17,976 bases of DNA, taken from assembly GCF_003334385.1 (NCBI RefSeq), contig NZ_QOWN01000062.1. The stretch is one strand, 5' to 3'. The stretch is from Escherichia coli. GTDB lineage: Bacteria > Pseudomonadota > Gammaproteobacteria > Enterobacterales > Enterobacteriaceae. Position 1 is the first letter of the stretch; each line of letters begins with the position of its first letter. The notes under the pieces were generated by a model. It had not been told where the DNA came from, made no database searches, and saw only the letters and a program-made list of their open reading frames with translations. Of this stretch, positions 1-6,967 are shown one piece after another. A program made the position numbers and the translations under genes.

Positions 1-775
1 AGAGAGCGTAGGCCAGTTCGTCATCCAGTGTTTTCCATGTCTGCTTGTATTCGCGATGAATGGCAGCAATGACCGGGCTGATTTTTCCTGTTGAATTTTC
101 AGTGTACTGTTGATTGGCTCTGGCGCGGGCGAGATCAACAACAGATGTGTATTTTCCGGTTTCCTTGCGTTCACCTTCGCGACGTTTTTTCCAGATGCGC
201 ATCTCTGCCTGAATTTCGGGCCATTTGGCACCAGGCGTACATTTATGCTTAACCCACCCGATGGCATGCAGCTTAAGCTCCGGATACATGGCGTTAACTT
301 CTGGCATTTTCATCAACGCTTCAACGATATGTCCGTCGAATGTTGCCATGTCTTCCTGCAACAATTCCTGCGCGCTAATAACCATATCAACGGTGATGTT
401 TTCACATGTGTCGAACTTAACCATGACAGCGTTCTGTACTTCAGGGGCCAGCTTGTCAAAAGTGACGTTCATCGGATCGGATTCAGTCTCAACCGGGACA
501 AAAGAAGCAGACTCCTCATCCCAGCGGTTTTCCTGCATATATTCAGCATCCCATGAATCGAGGGCAGGGCGGGGTATGCCAGGTTTATCCTCGCAGACAA
601 TAAATTTATAAGCGCAGTCCTGAGCAGCCGGATAATGTTCCAGGAACTGCCAGTGAAATTTTGCTCGAGCACGGCGTTCGTCGCCAGCTTCAATGGCTGT
701 GGCTACAGCCACAGCGCCTTCTTCCCTTGTTGCCAGTTCGTCAGGAATAGCGGCGCAAATAAAGACTTTACTCAT
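1..775 (-). CDS. ydfE: Qin-type prophage protein YdfE-like, N-terminal ~258 codons; ORF continues past the window start
   Basis: Minus-strand ATG at 775-773 with GAGG about 10 nt upstream. My manual translation is stop-free to the window edge (absent from the ORF track because no stop lies inside the window). N-terminus MSKVFICAAIPDELATREEGAVAVATAIEAG. Sits directly downstream of ydfD as in Qin. Name from memory. Confidence 0.55.
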   Translation of the reverse strand, partial: MSKVFICAAIPDELATREEGAVAVATAIEAGDERRARAKFHWQFLEHYPAAQDCAYKFIVCEDKPGIPRPALDSWDAEYMQENRWDEESASFVPVETESDPMNVTFDKLAPEVQNAVMVKFDTCENITVDMVISAQELLQEDMATFDGHIVEALMKMPEVNAMYPELKLHAIGWVKHKCTPGAKWPEIQAEMRIWKKRREGERKETGKYTSVVDLARARANQQYTENSTGKISPVIAAIHREYKQTWKTLDDELAYAL

Positions 776-868
776 TTTGTTTTAACCTCATGACAGATTT
801 AAGGATGAACAAATCCCTGCCATTGCTGGCATATAAGAATGAAACCGGATATTTATTACGGAACTGTT

Positions 869-1060
869 TTAAAGACCTGCCGGGATTTCGTTATTATCCT
901 GGTGAATAACTTTATCGACCGGGTAACAGTTACCGGGAATTTTCTGTTCGGTTGCTGCAGTCATACACTCCTGCATTGTCCTGTGAACACTGACTGCAAT
1001 ATCAACTGGCACTCCGGAAACAAGAAAAACTGTCAGAACAAGCGCAAATGCTGAATTCAT
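869..1060 (-). CDS. ydfD: YdfD-like small protein (63 aa) with hydrophobic N-terminus
   Basis: Internal Met of track ORF 869..1114 gives MNSAFALVLTVFLVSG...NNEIPAGL. Start ATG (1060-1058) overlaps the dicB stop in an ATGA arrangement. Confidence 0.75.
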   Translation of the reverse strand: MNSAFALVLTVFLVSGVPVDIAVSVHRTMQECMTAATEQKIPGNCYPVDKVIHQDNNEIPAGL

Positions 1061-1245
1061 TGTGCACATCCTTTTGGCATCAGACGTAAACGAGCCAGCA
1101 TTGAAACAATGCATATTTTATTTAATAGCTCCCGTTCTTGTTTTCTCTTGTTAATGGCATCTTCAGTAAATACAGGGTTACTGATAGTGACACCAATTTC
1201 AAAACAACCTTCAGACGTATTAACGTTTGGTAATAACGTTTTCAT
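1057..1245 (-). CDS. dicB: DicB cell-division inhibitor (62 aa)
   Basis: Internal Met of track ORF 1057..1350 gives MKTLLPNVNTSEGCFEIGVTISNPVFTEDAINKRKQERELLNKICIVSMLARLRLMPKGCAQ, which I recognise as DicB. GAGGA Shine-Dalgarno upstream of the ATG at 1245-1243. Confidence 0.9.
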   Translation of the reverse strand: MKTLLPNVNTSEGCFEIGVTISNPVFTEDAINKRKQERELLNKICIVSMLARLRLMPKGCAQ

Positions 1246-1414
1246 TATCGCGTCCTCAACAATGAATTTTGTGATGCAGTGCCTGGTGCCTCCAGGTGAC
1301 GTTAACCAGTTAACAATTAACGTCGGATACAGAGAATCCACCCATAACACTGTTTTTGGTTTTAACTGTTCCGCGTGCGCTTAGCCGTATTCACCGCATC
1401 ACAAAATTCACTTT

Positions 1415-1472
1415 AAAAAGGGCGGCAGAGCAGTCACGGAGTAAAACTGATACCGCCAAACGTCACCAGAAA
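1415..1472 (-). ncRNA. dicF: DicF small RNA (ftsZ-targeting antisense sRNA) with its 3' hairpin and U-run
   Basis: Reverse complement of 1415-1472 reads TTTCTGGTGACGTTTGGCGGTATCAGTTTTACTCCGTGACTGCTCTGCCGCCCTTTTT, matching DicF as I recall it, ending in a GC-rich hairpin (GGCGG...CCGCC) plus T-run. Lies between the ydfC position and dicB as in the dicB operon. Confidence 0.9.
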
Positions 1473-1503
1473 ATTGATAACAGAGGGCGTTGCAGCGGGG
1501 TTG

Positions 1504-1695
1504 TCACTTAAGCGTATGGTCAACCTGACAACCCGGTGTCCTCAACGGGGAAGGAATAACCCCGCCATACTTACCGCCGCGCCATTTTGCGGGTTGCCAC
1601 AACCGGAAGCGCACGGTCGAATTAAATTTAACGACACCGTACAGTGAGACGAACTTCGCCGTGCGCTTTCGTGTTGTGTGCCTGCTTTTAACCAC
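1504..1695 (-). CDS. Small ORF at the ydfC position (63 codons, GTG start); coding status doubtful
   Basis: Track ORF MVKSRHTTRKRTAKF... between the ydfB stop and the DicF 5' end. GC-rich and Arg/Lys-rich; could instead be structured precursor RNA for DicF. Confidence 0.2.
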   Translation of the reverse strand: MVKSRHTTRKRTAKFVSLYGVVKFNSTVRFRLWQPAKWRGGKYGGVIPSPLRTPGCQVDHTLK

Positions 1696-1731
1696 GTCAG
1701 GCGAGGTGGTATCCTTAAAATCACCACAGTT

Positions 1732-2307
1732 TTAAGGATTCATTAAGCAATGTCGCAACCACCAATAAATCCGCTTAAGAACATGAAAATTGATTACTGG
1801 TATAAAGCGCTTACAGTTGTTGGCGCTGCGTTGTTTGTCTTTAATGGAACGTCTTTTTTTGACAGATATCCCGTTGTTCCATTGGGTTTTTTGTCCTCCG
1901 GCATCTTTTTTATTGGTTTGGGGGAGTGGATTAATCACCCTCTCATAGTGAGATTTATTGGTCCTGGAGTTTGGACTCGTGGATATAATCGTTCTTCGTG
2001 CGCACTCGGTATCATCTTCGACATACTTGGTTGTTTCCTGATTGTTACAGGAGTCGTCAAGTTCTTCTGATGTAAAACCGCAAATGGGGCACGTAACGGG
2101 AATTTTGAAAAGCGTTTCTCCGGGTTCCAGAACAAAATTTTCTGCGGTCTGATTTTGCTTCTCATATTTGTGCTCCGCGTCATTGTGAGAGCACATTCTT
2201 ATTCTGAGTGCCTGTTTAAACTCACTGAAGCTGAGAGCTTCTTCGCCTTCGGCAAGGCCTTCGAAGTATTCTTCGTAAGCCTTTTCCATGATTGTGTCGA
2301 AATCCAT
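1732..2307 (-). CDS. ydfB: YdfB-like ORF; the first 42 codons match the short YdfB I remember, but here the frame stays open for 191 codons
   Basis: ATG at 2307-2305 with AGGTGAG Shine-Dalgarno, 1 nt after the ydfA stop. Begins MDFDTIMEKAYEEYFEGLAEGEEALSFSEFKQALRIRMCSHN, then continues DAEHKYEKQ...CPICGF. The C-terminal part is low-complexity and may be a shadow of the antisense ORF at 1750..2070. Confidence 0.4.
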   Translation of the reverse strand: MDFDTIMEKAYEEYFEGLAEGEEALSFSEFKQALRIRMCSHNDAEHKYEKQNQTAENFVLEPGETLFKIPVTCPICGFTSEELDDSCNNQETTKYVEDDTECARRTIISTSPNSRTNKSHYERVINPLPQTNKKDAGGQKTQWNNGISVKKRRSIKDKQRSANNCKRFIPVINFHVLKRIYWWLRHCLMNP

Positions 2308-2308
2308 A

Positions 2309-2464
2309 TCACTCACCTGAGTTTCTTTCCAGCCAGCGACGGGCACCATTTTCGGTTTTAAACGTTTTGCTTTTGGTATACGTCATCGCGGTGAACGTAC
2401 CGTCCTGGTTGGGGAACACGCCACATACCAGAGATTCGCTGTTGCCAAGATCGATAGTATCCAT
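2309..2464 (-). CDS. ydfA: YdfA (51 aa)
   Basis: Internal Met of track ORF 2309..2518 gives MDTIDLGNSESLVCGVFPNQDGTFTAMTYTKSKTFKTENGARRWLERNSGE. GAGGT Shine-Dalgarno upstream of the ATG at 2464-2462. Confidence 0.85.
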   Translation of the reverse strand: MDTIDLGNSESLVCGVFPNQDGTFTAMTYTKSKTFKTENGARRWLERNSGE

Positions 2465-2534
2465 GCTGACCTCATTTCCCCTTAACGCCGGGGTAGCGGA
2501 ACTGTTTGCTGAGAACACCGTGCGGTGTCTTGAT

Positions 2535-2570
2535 GGAGGTAATTTAGTTTTCTCATTATTTTCGTCAAGG
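2535..2570 (-). promoter_or_regulatory. Candidate sigma-70 promoter for the ydfA-dicB operon
   Basis: On the minus strand: TTGACG (rc of 2563-2568), 16-nt spacer, TAAATT (rc of 2541-2546), lying between the dicA-like stop and the ydfA start. Judged by eye only. Confidence 0.35.
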
Positions 2571-2655
2571 TTTTTTGATGAGAAAGCTCAAGTATTGGCG
2601 CAAGATAAAGCCAATACATTGAAATGTAAGGCTTTAAAATTTTGTGAAGGGATGA

Positions 2656-3063
2656 TTATTGATGCTTGTTGCGTTTGCGAGCCTCTAATAGCTCGGTGAA
2701 CAGGCGATTAAAATTCTCAACGCGGGCGCGGAGTTCGCTGAGTTGTGCTTGTTGCTCTGATTTAGGAAGTGCGCGATACAAACGCAGCATCTCTAACTCA
2801 TCTTCCGATAAGTCTAAGGCACTATCGAGTGAAACAGGGGGAGCTGGTGTTTTGTCCTCGTCGCCAAACAGTATCCAAGTTGGTGAACATTGCAATACCT
2901 CGGCGAGGCGATGCAAATTTTGCCCGCGCGGGGCTGTATGGTCACTTTCCCATAATGAAATTGATGAGCCAGATACGCCAGCAGCTTTGCTTAAACCGTT
3001 TTGACTTAAGCCTACCTGCTTACGTCTTTCTCTAATGCGTTGACCTAAAGTTTTCTCGTTCAT
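2656..3063 (-). CDS. dicA: DicA-like HTH (XRE-family) repressor, 135 aa
   Basis: Internal Met of track ORF 2656..3114 gives MNEKTLGQRIRERRKQVGLSQNGLSKAAGVSGSSISLWE...VLQCSPTWILFGDEDK...; the VLQCSPTWILFGDEDK block and C-terminus match DicA as I recall it. Divergent from the Cro-like gene. Confidence 0.85.
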   Translation of the reverse strand: MNEKTLGQRIRERRKQVGLSQNGLSKAAGVSGSSISLWESDHTAPRGQNLHRLAEVLQCSPTWILFGDEDKTPAPPVSLDSALDLSEDELEMLRLYRALPKSEQQAQLSELRARVENFNRLFTELLEARKRNKHQ

Positions 3064-3140
3064 ATTTAGATATCTTAATAACCCTTGACTTGAGATTCCT
3101 TGAGTGATTAGCATTGAGAAAACTCAATATTGGAGGTGCG
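3064..3140. promoter_or_regulatory. Divergent promoter/operator region between the dicA-like and dicC-like genes
   Basis: 77-bp intergenic region with three TTGAG motifs and a perfect palindrome ATTGAGAAAACTCAAT at 3113-3128 overlapping the dicC-like ribosome-binding region. Typical repressor/Cro switch geometry. Confidence 0.45.
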
Positions 3141-3368
3141 ATGTTTAAATCAGACGTAATTAATTTTTACGGTACGAAAGCCAAAGTAGCGAAAGCTGCT
3201 GGCGTTGACCCATCTGCTGTTTCTCAATGGCAAGAGCTGGTTCCTGAAGGTCGCGCGATGCGTCTACAGGAGGCATCTGGCGGCGAGCTTCTGTATGATC
3301 CCAAGGTTTATGACGAATATCGTAAGACGAAGCGGGCGGGGCGGTTGAACAATGAAAATCACTCCTGA
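3141..3368 (+). CDS. dicC: DicC-like (Cro-type) regulator, 75 aa
   Basis: ATG at 3141 with GGAGGTG Shine-Dalgarno. MFKSDVINFYGTKAKVAKAAGVDPSAVSQWQ...EGRAMRLQEASGGELLYDPKVYDEYRKTKRAGRLNNENHS resembles DicC. Divergent from the repressor. Confidence 0.8.
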   Translation: MFKSDVINFYGTKAKVAKAAGVDPSAVSQWQELVPEGRAMRLQEASGGELLYDPKVYDEYRKTKRAGRLNNENHS

Positions 3369-3873
3369 ACAGGCTCGTGAGGCTCTGGATGCCTGGATAT
3401 GTCGACCAGGAATGACACAGGAGCAGGCGACGATATTAATCACTGAAGCATTCTGGGCTTTGAAAGAGCGCCCGAACATCGATGTTCAGCGTGTCACATA
3501 TGAAGGTGGCGCGATTGATCAGCGAGCGCTTGGCGTTAATCGAGTGAAGATATTTGAACGCTGGAAGGCTATCGACACCAGGGATAAGCGTGAAAAGTTC
3601 ACGGCGCTAGTGCCTGCAATTATGGAGGCTATCCGGATTAATGATTTCAGGTTGTATCGTGAAATTACTGACGGAAAAAGCATCACGTGCATGATCGCCG
3701 GGTTAAACAAAGAATATGGCGATGTGGTGGAGTCCGGACTGCTTTTTGCTGATCCTGCCGTAGTGGATCGTGAAACTGACGAACTTATAGAAAAAGCAAT
3801 TGCTTTCAAACTTGCGTATCGACAGCAATACCAACAAAAAGCTGGATGGAATTATGAGCCTTCTTTTTGCTGA
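3352..3873 (+). CDS. Hypothetical 173-aa protein at the CII position (possibly YdaT-like); function not recognised
   Basis: Track ORF; ATG overlaps the dicC-like 3' end by 17 nt, suggesting translational coupling. Family assignment is a guess from gene position. Confidence 0.55.
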   Translation: MKITPEQAREALDAWICRPGMTQEQATILITEAFWALKERPNIDVQRVTYEGGAIDQRALGVNRVKIFERWKAIDTRDKREKFTALVPAIMEAIRINDFRLYREITDGKSITCMIAGLNKEYGDVVESGLLFADPAVVDRETDELIEKAIAFKLAYRQQYQQKAGWNYEPSFC

Positions 3874-4819
3874 ACGCCCACTGGTTATAAACACGCAGCT
3901 GGCAATGAAAATTGGCTTAAACGAAGCCATTGTTTTGCAACAACTGCACTACTGGTTGAGAGATACCAACTCCGGCATGGAATGTGATGGTGTTCGCTGG
4001 ATTTATAACACAACGGAACAATGGCTGGAACAGTTCCCATTCTGGTCAGAGTCAACGTTAAAGCGCGCGTTTGCAAGTCTGAAAACGCTGGGGCTTTTGC
4101 GTTGTGAAAAGCTCAATAAATCAAAGCGCGATATGACCAATTTCTACACGATCAACTATGGGTGCGAGCTTTTAGATGGTGGCAAATTGAGCGAATCCAT
4201 CGGTTCAAAATGCGCCGCTCCATCAGGTCAAAATGACACGATGGAAGAGGTCAAAATGAAACGCTCCATTGGTTCAAAACGACCCAATGTCATCGGGTCA
4301 AAATGGCCTGATGATCTTACAGAGAATACAACAGAGATTACTACAGAGAATAAAAACACTTTTCGTCCGGAAGCTTCGCAACCGGACCCGCAGACGACTG
4401 AACAGGATTTTTTAACCCGGAACTCCGACGCGGTTGTGTTTAGTGCGAAAAAACGCCAGTGGGGTAGCAGGGAGGATTTGGCGTGTGCGCAGTGGATCTG
4501 GGGGCGGATCGTGGGTCTCTACGAACAGGCAGCCAGTGATGATGGCGAGATCATGCGACCAAAAGAGCCTAACTGGACTGCCTGGGCCAATGACGTGCGC
4601 ACAATGCGGATGCTGGATGGCAGAAGCCACAGACAAATTTGCGAAATGTTTGGTCGGGTTCAGCGAGATCCATTCTGGGTAAAAAACATCATGAGCCCGT
4701 CAAAGCTCCGCGAAAAATGGGACGAACTGGTCATCCGCCTGGGACGTTCACCTGTACAGCGTTGTGTTAATCATATTTCTGAACCGGATACAGAAATTCC
4801 GCCTGGTTTCAGAGGATAA
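3854..4819 (+). CDS. Phage replication initiator / replisome-organizer protein (lambda O-like role), 321 aa from the ATG at 3854
   Basis: Track ORF 3800..4819; preferred start at 3854 (MSLLFAERPLVINTQLAMKIGLNEAIVLQQLHYWL, an HTH-like N-terminus). The gene contains five iteron repeats at 4196-4305, as ori-lambda lies inside O. Confidence 0.7.
   Translation: MSLLFAERPLVINTQLAMKIGLNEAIVLQQLHYWLRDTNSGMECDGVRWIYNTTEQWLEQFPFWSESTLKRAFASLKTLGLLRCEKLNKSKRDMTNFYTINYGCELLDGGKLSESIGSKCAAPSGQNDTMEEVKMKRSIGSKRPNVIGSKWPDDLTENTTEITTENKNTFRPEASQPDPQTTEQDFLTRNSDAVVFSAKKRQWGSREDLACAQWIWGRIVGLYEQAASDDGEIMRPKEPNWTAWANDVRTMRMLDGRSHRQICEMFGRVQRDPFWVKNIMSPSKLREKWDELVIRLGRSPVQRCVNHISEPDTEIPPGFRG
4196..4305 (+). repeat. 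Five direct iterons (core GGT(T)CAAAA(T/C)G) at 22-25 bp spacing inside the replication gene; candidate replication origin
   Basis: Core starts at 4202, 4226, 4249, 4271 and 4296, with flanks TCCATCGGTTCAAAATG, TCCATCAGGTCAAAATG, GAGGTCAAAATG, TCCATTGGTTCAAAACG and GTCATCGGGTCAAAATG. Followed at 4320-4356 by three ACAGAGA(A/T)TA repeats in an A-rich stretch. Confidence 0.6.
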
Positions 4820-4859
4820 GTGTTGATTTCAGGTCATGAGGTAATTTTAAGGGGGACTT

Positions 4860-5282
4860 GTGGCAAAAGTTTTTACACAAGAAGAGCGGGAAAAAATTAA
4901 ATGGCAGGTGGTGGAACTCGTGCGCCAGAGCGGCCGTGAGACGTTACGGCAACTGGAAGCTAAAACAGGTGCGACTAGATATCTGATGAGCGTTCTTGCC
5001 AGAGAGCTGGTAGCCAGTGGCGATGTATACAACTCCGGCTACGGGTTATTCCCCTCTGAACAGGCGCGTAAGGACTGGCAAAACGCCCGCAAAAAACTCT
5101 CGAGGGCAAAGGTGAAGAAACCTGCTTTGGTTGATCCGGACCTTATCTGGTCATCACCTGACGGAGAAATACGTCGCTACGACAGTCGCCTAAACATAAT
5201 CTGTCGCGAGTGCCGGAAGAGCGAAGTTATGCAGCGCATACTGGCTTTCTATCAGGGTAATTTTCAGGACGTGGCGCAGTGA
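4860..5282 (+). CDS. Hypothetical 140-aa protein (GTG start), downstream of the replication initiator
   Basis: Track ORF preceded by AAGGGGGA Shine-Dalgarno. Its stop overlaps the GTG start of the following methyltransferase ORF (GTGA). No recognisable motif. Confidence 0.5.
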   Translation: MAKVFTQEEREKIKWQVVELVRQSGRETLRQLEAKTGATRYLMSVLARELVASGDVYNSGYGLFPSEQARKDWQNARKKLSRAKVKKPALVDPDLIWSSPDGEIRRYDSRLNIICRECRKSEVMQRILAFYQGNFQDVAQ

Positions 5283-5725
5283 GTGCACCGGCAACCATTC
5301 TTGATATGTGCTGTGGCAGCCGCATGTTCTGGTTCGATAAGTCTGACGAACGGGCGATATTCAGCGATATCAGAAAAGAAGGATACACATTACGCAATGG
5401 GAGACGCTTGATTATCAGCCCTGACATTATCGCAGATTTTCGTGCATTATCATTTGCAGACGCATCTTTTTCGATGGTTGTATTAGACCCTCCGCATCTT
5501 GAGAGTGTTGGTGATAACGCCTGGATGGGAAAGAAATATGGACGGCTGAATAAAGATGCCTGGCGTGATGATTCGCGACAGAGATTTAAAGAAGCCTTTC
5601 GGGTGTTGAGGCCGCACGGCGTTCTGATTTTTTAATGGAATGAAACGCAAATACCGGTAAGCCAGATTCTGGCACTGACAGACAGAAAACCTGTTATCTG
5701 TCAACGAACAGGGAAAAAACGATAA
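5279..5725 (+). pseudogene. DNA amino-methyltransferase (motif I DMCCGS, motif IV DPPH) interrupted by an in-frame TAA at 5633-5635
   Basis: Track ORF 5279..5635 carries VVLDPPHLE, the D-P-P-[YFWH] catalytic motif of N6A/N4C methyltransferases, and a SAM-binding-like ILDMCCGS. The same frame continues after the TAA for 29 codons (WNETQIPVSQILALTDRKPVICQRTGKKR) to a TAA at 5723-5725. Confidence 0.5.
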
Positions 5726-5897
5726 AACCCACTGGATTATTTTTATGAAAGAGGCATCCAGTGAGTAGATTCGTAAGGCTACAGATACGTATATCTGAAT
5801 AATTAAATTCAGTTCTGTAAATAAAATTTAATCCTTAACCGGATGGATTTCTGCACCCTCAGAACATCAGGAGGCAGCCCGAAAGGGCGGTAGTGAA

Positions 5898-6080
5898 ATG
5901 CGAAAGTTCAAAATTATTATTGAAACGGGAATAGCTGGTGGAGATTTTGAGGATGTATTCGAAGTGGACGATGACGCAACACCTGAGGAAATTCATGACG
6001 GAGCATAAGAAATTTTCTTTAACTACTGCAATTACTCATACCACGAAATAAAAGACGATGAGGAAGAACAAAGTGGCTGA
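5898..6080 (+). pseudogene. Small acidic ORF (36 codons) with an in-frame TAA at 6006-6008 and a 23-codon in-frame continuation
   Basis: MRKFKIIIETGIAGGDFEDVFEVDDDATPEEIHDGA, stop, then EIFFNYCNYSYHEIKDDEEEQSG in the same frame. Manual translation. Confidence 0.3.
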
Positions 6081-6249
6081 TTTTTGTTCAGCTAAATATA
6101 ACATCAGTTTTGAAGAGCGGGATGAACTATTAATGGACTATGGTGAGTTACGCGGTGGAAGTGCTGCTGATGTCGAATCCTAGCGTGATGACTATGAAGC
6201 GGGAAAAACTCCGGTCGAAGCATATTGTGATGAGTGGGGCGATGAATGA
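6058..6249 (+). pseudogene. Small ORF (41 codons) with an in-frame TAG at 6181-6183 and a 21-codon acidic in-frame continuation
   Basis: MRKNKVADFCSAKYNISFEERDELLMDYGELRGGSAADVES, stop, then RDDYEAGKTPVEAYCDEWGDE. The terminal TGA overlaps the ATG of the next ORF (ATGA). Confidence 0.35.
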
Positions 6250-6533
6250 GCGAGATTAATTATCAGGAAGGGCATGAAACGGCGGGGCAAGCAAAACCAG
6301 TGGCATGGCGATATCGCTACGTGAAAAAAGGCGTTACGGACTTTCAGGGGAAGTAGTGGTCTGGTGACTGGAAATATGTACCGAAAAAAGAGGATTGTAA
6401 CGACAGGCCGAACTATCAAATTCAGGCCTTATTCACTGCCTCACCAGTCCCAGTTACATCAGAAGAACTGGTTAAAGCTGTGCACTTTTATGAACAACTA
6501 AAACGCGAAAATCCACCAACATCCGGCAACTAG
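6246..6533 (+). pseudogene. Small ORF (36 codons) with an in-frame TAG at 6354-6356 and a 58-codon in-frame continuation
   Basis: MSEINYQEGHETAGQAKPVAWRYRYVKKGVTDFQGK, stop, then WSGDWKYVPKKEDCNDRPNYQIQALFTASPVPVTSEELVKAVHFYEQLKRENPPTSGN in the same frame. Confidence 0.4.
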
Positions 6534-6787
6534 ATTAATGGATTAACTATGTCGGTTAAACGACCAGCCAACTGAAAAAGCGGAAACCTGATTACAGGTT
6601 GCCAGATAAGGCAATGAGCTACCTGGCGCGGAACGGACTGATAAGTATGGGGAATGTTTTACGATGAACCTTTAGACTAAAGAGTTTGTAACGCTATGTA
6701 AGTGATTTTTTCTGGTTTAGATATTTATATGTCCGGCCAAATTGAGGTGTGTTTAAATGTAATTGCACATTGATTGTAGGAGGAATA

Positions 6788-6967
6788 ATGAAAAACGCAT
6801 TGCAGTTTTTGTTTGTTGCGTTCTGGTTGTTCGCATCATGTATGCCCATCATCTTCACAGCAAGGTATATGGAAAAAGTTGATGTTTTGATATTAATATT
6901 TGGATATATAAATGCCCTTTTTTTAGGGGTGTTCATGGCGGTCATGTGCATTGAATACTGGCGGTAA
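6788..6967 (+). CDS. Small hydrophobic protein, 59 aa, two predicted transmembrane segments
   Basis: ATG at 6788 with AGGAGG at 6778-6783. MKNALQFLFVAFWLFASCMPIIFTARYMEKVDVLILIFGYINALFLGVFMAVMCIEYWR. No antisense gene explains it. Confidence 0.45.
   Translation: MKNALQFLFVAFWLFASCMPIIFTARYMEKVDVLILIFGYINALFLGVFMAVMCIEYWR

Noticed and set aside
110-693. Track ORFs 110..556(+), 225..611(+) and 469..693(-)
   Set aside because: All overlap the long stop-free minus-strand ydfE-like frame (775 to window edge), which has a proper start and Shine-Dalgarno. They are most likely shadow ORFs.
1750-2070. Annotating the antisense membrane ORF as a feature
   Set aside because: It conflicts with the ydfB-like frame and I cannot decide between them from sequence alone; reported as a finding instead.
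4196-4305. Possible CRISPR-like repeat array
   Set aside because: Only five short (about 12 bp) repeats at 22-25 bp spacing, inside a replication-initiator gene. This fits iterons, not CRISPR repeats and spacers.
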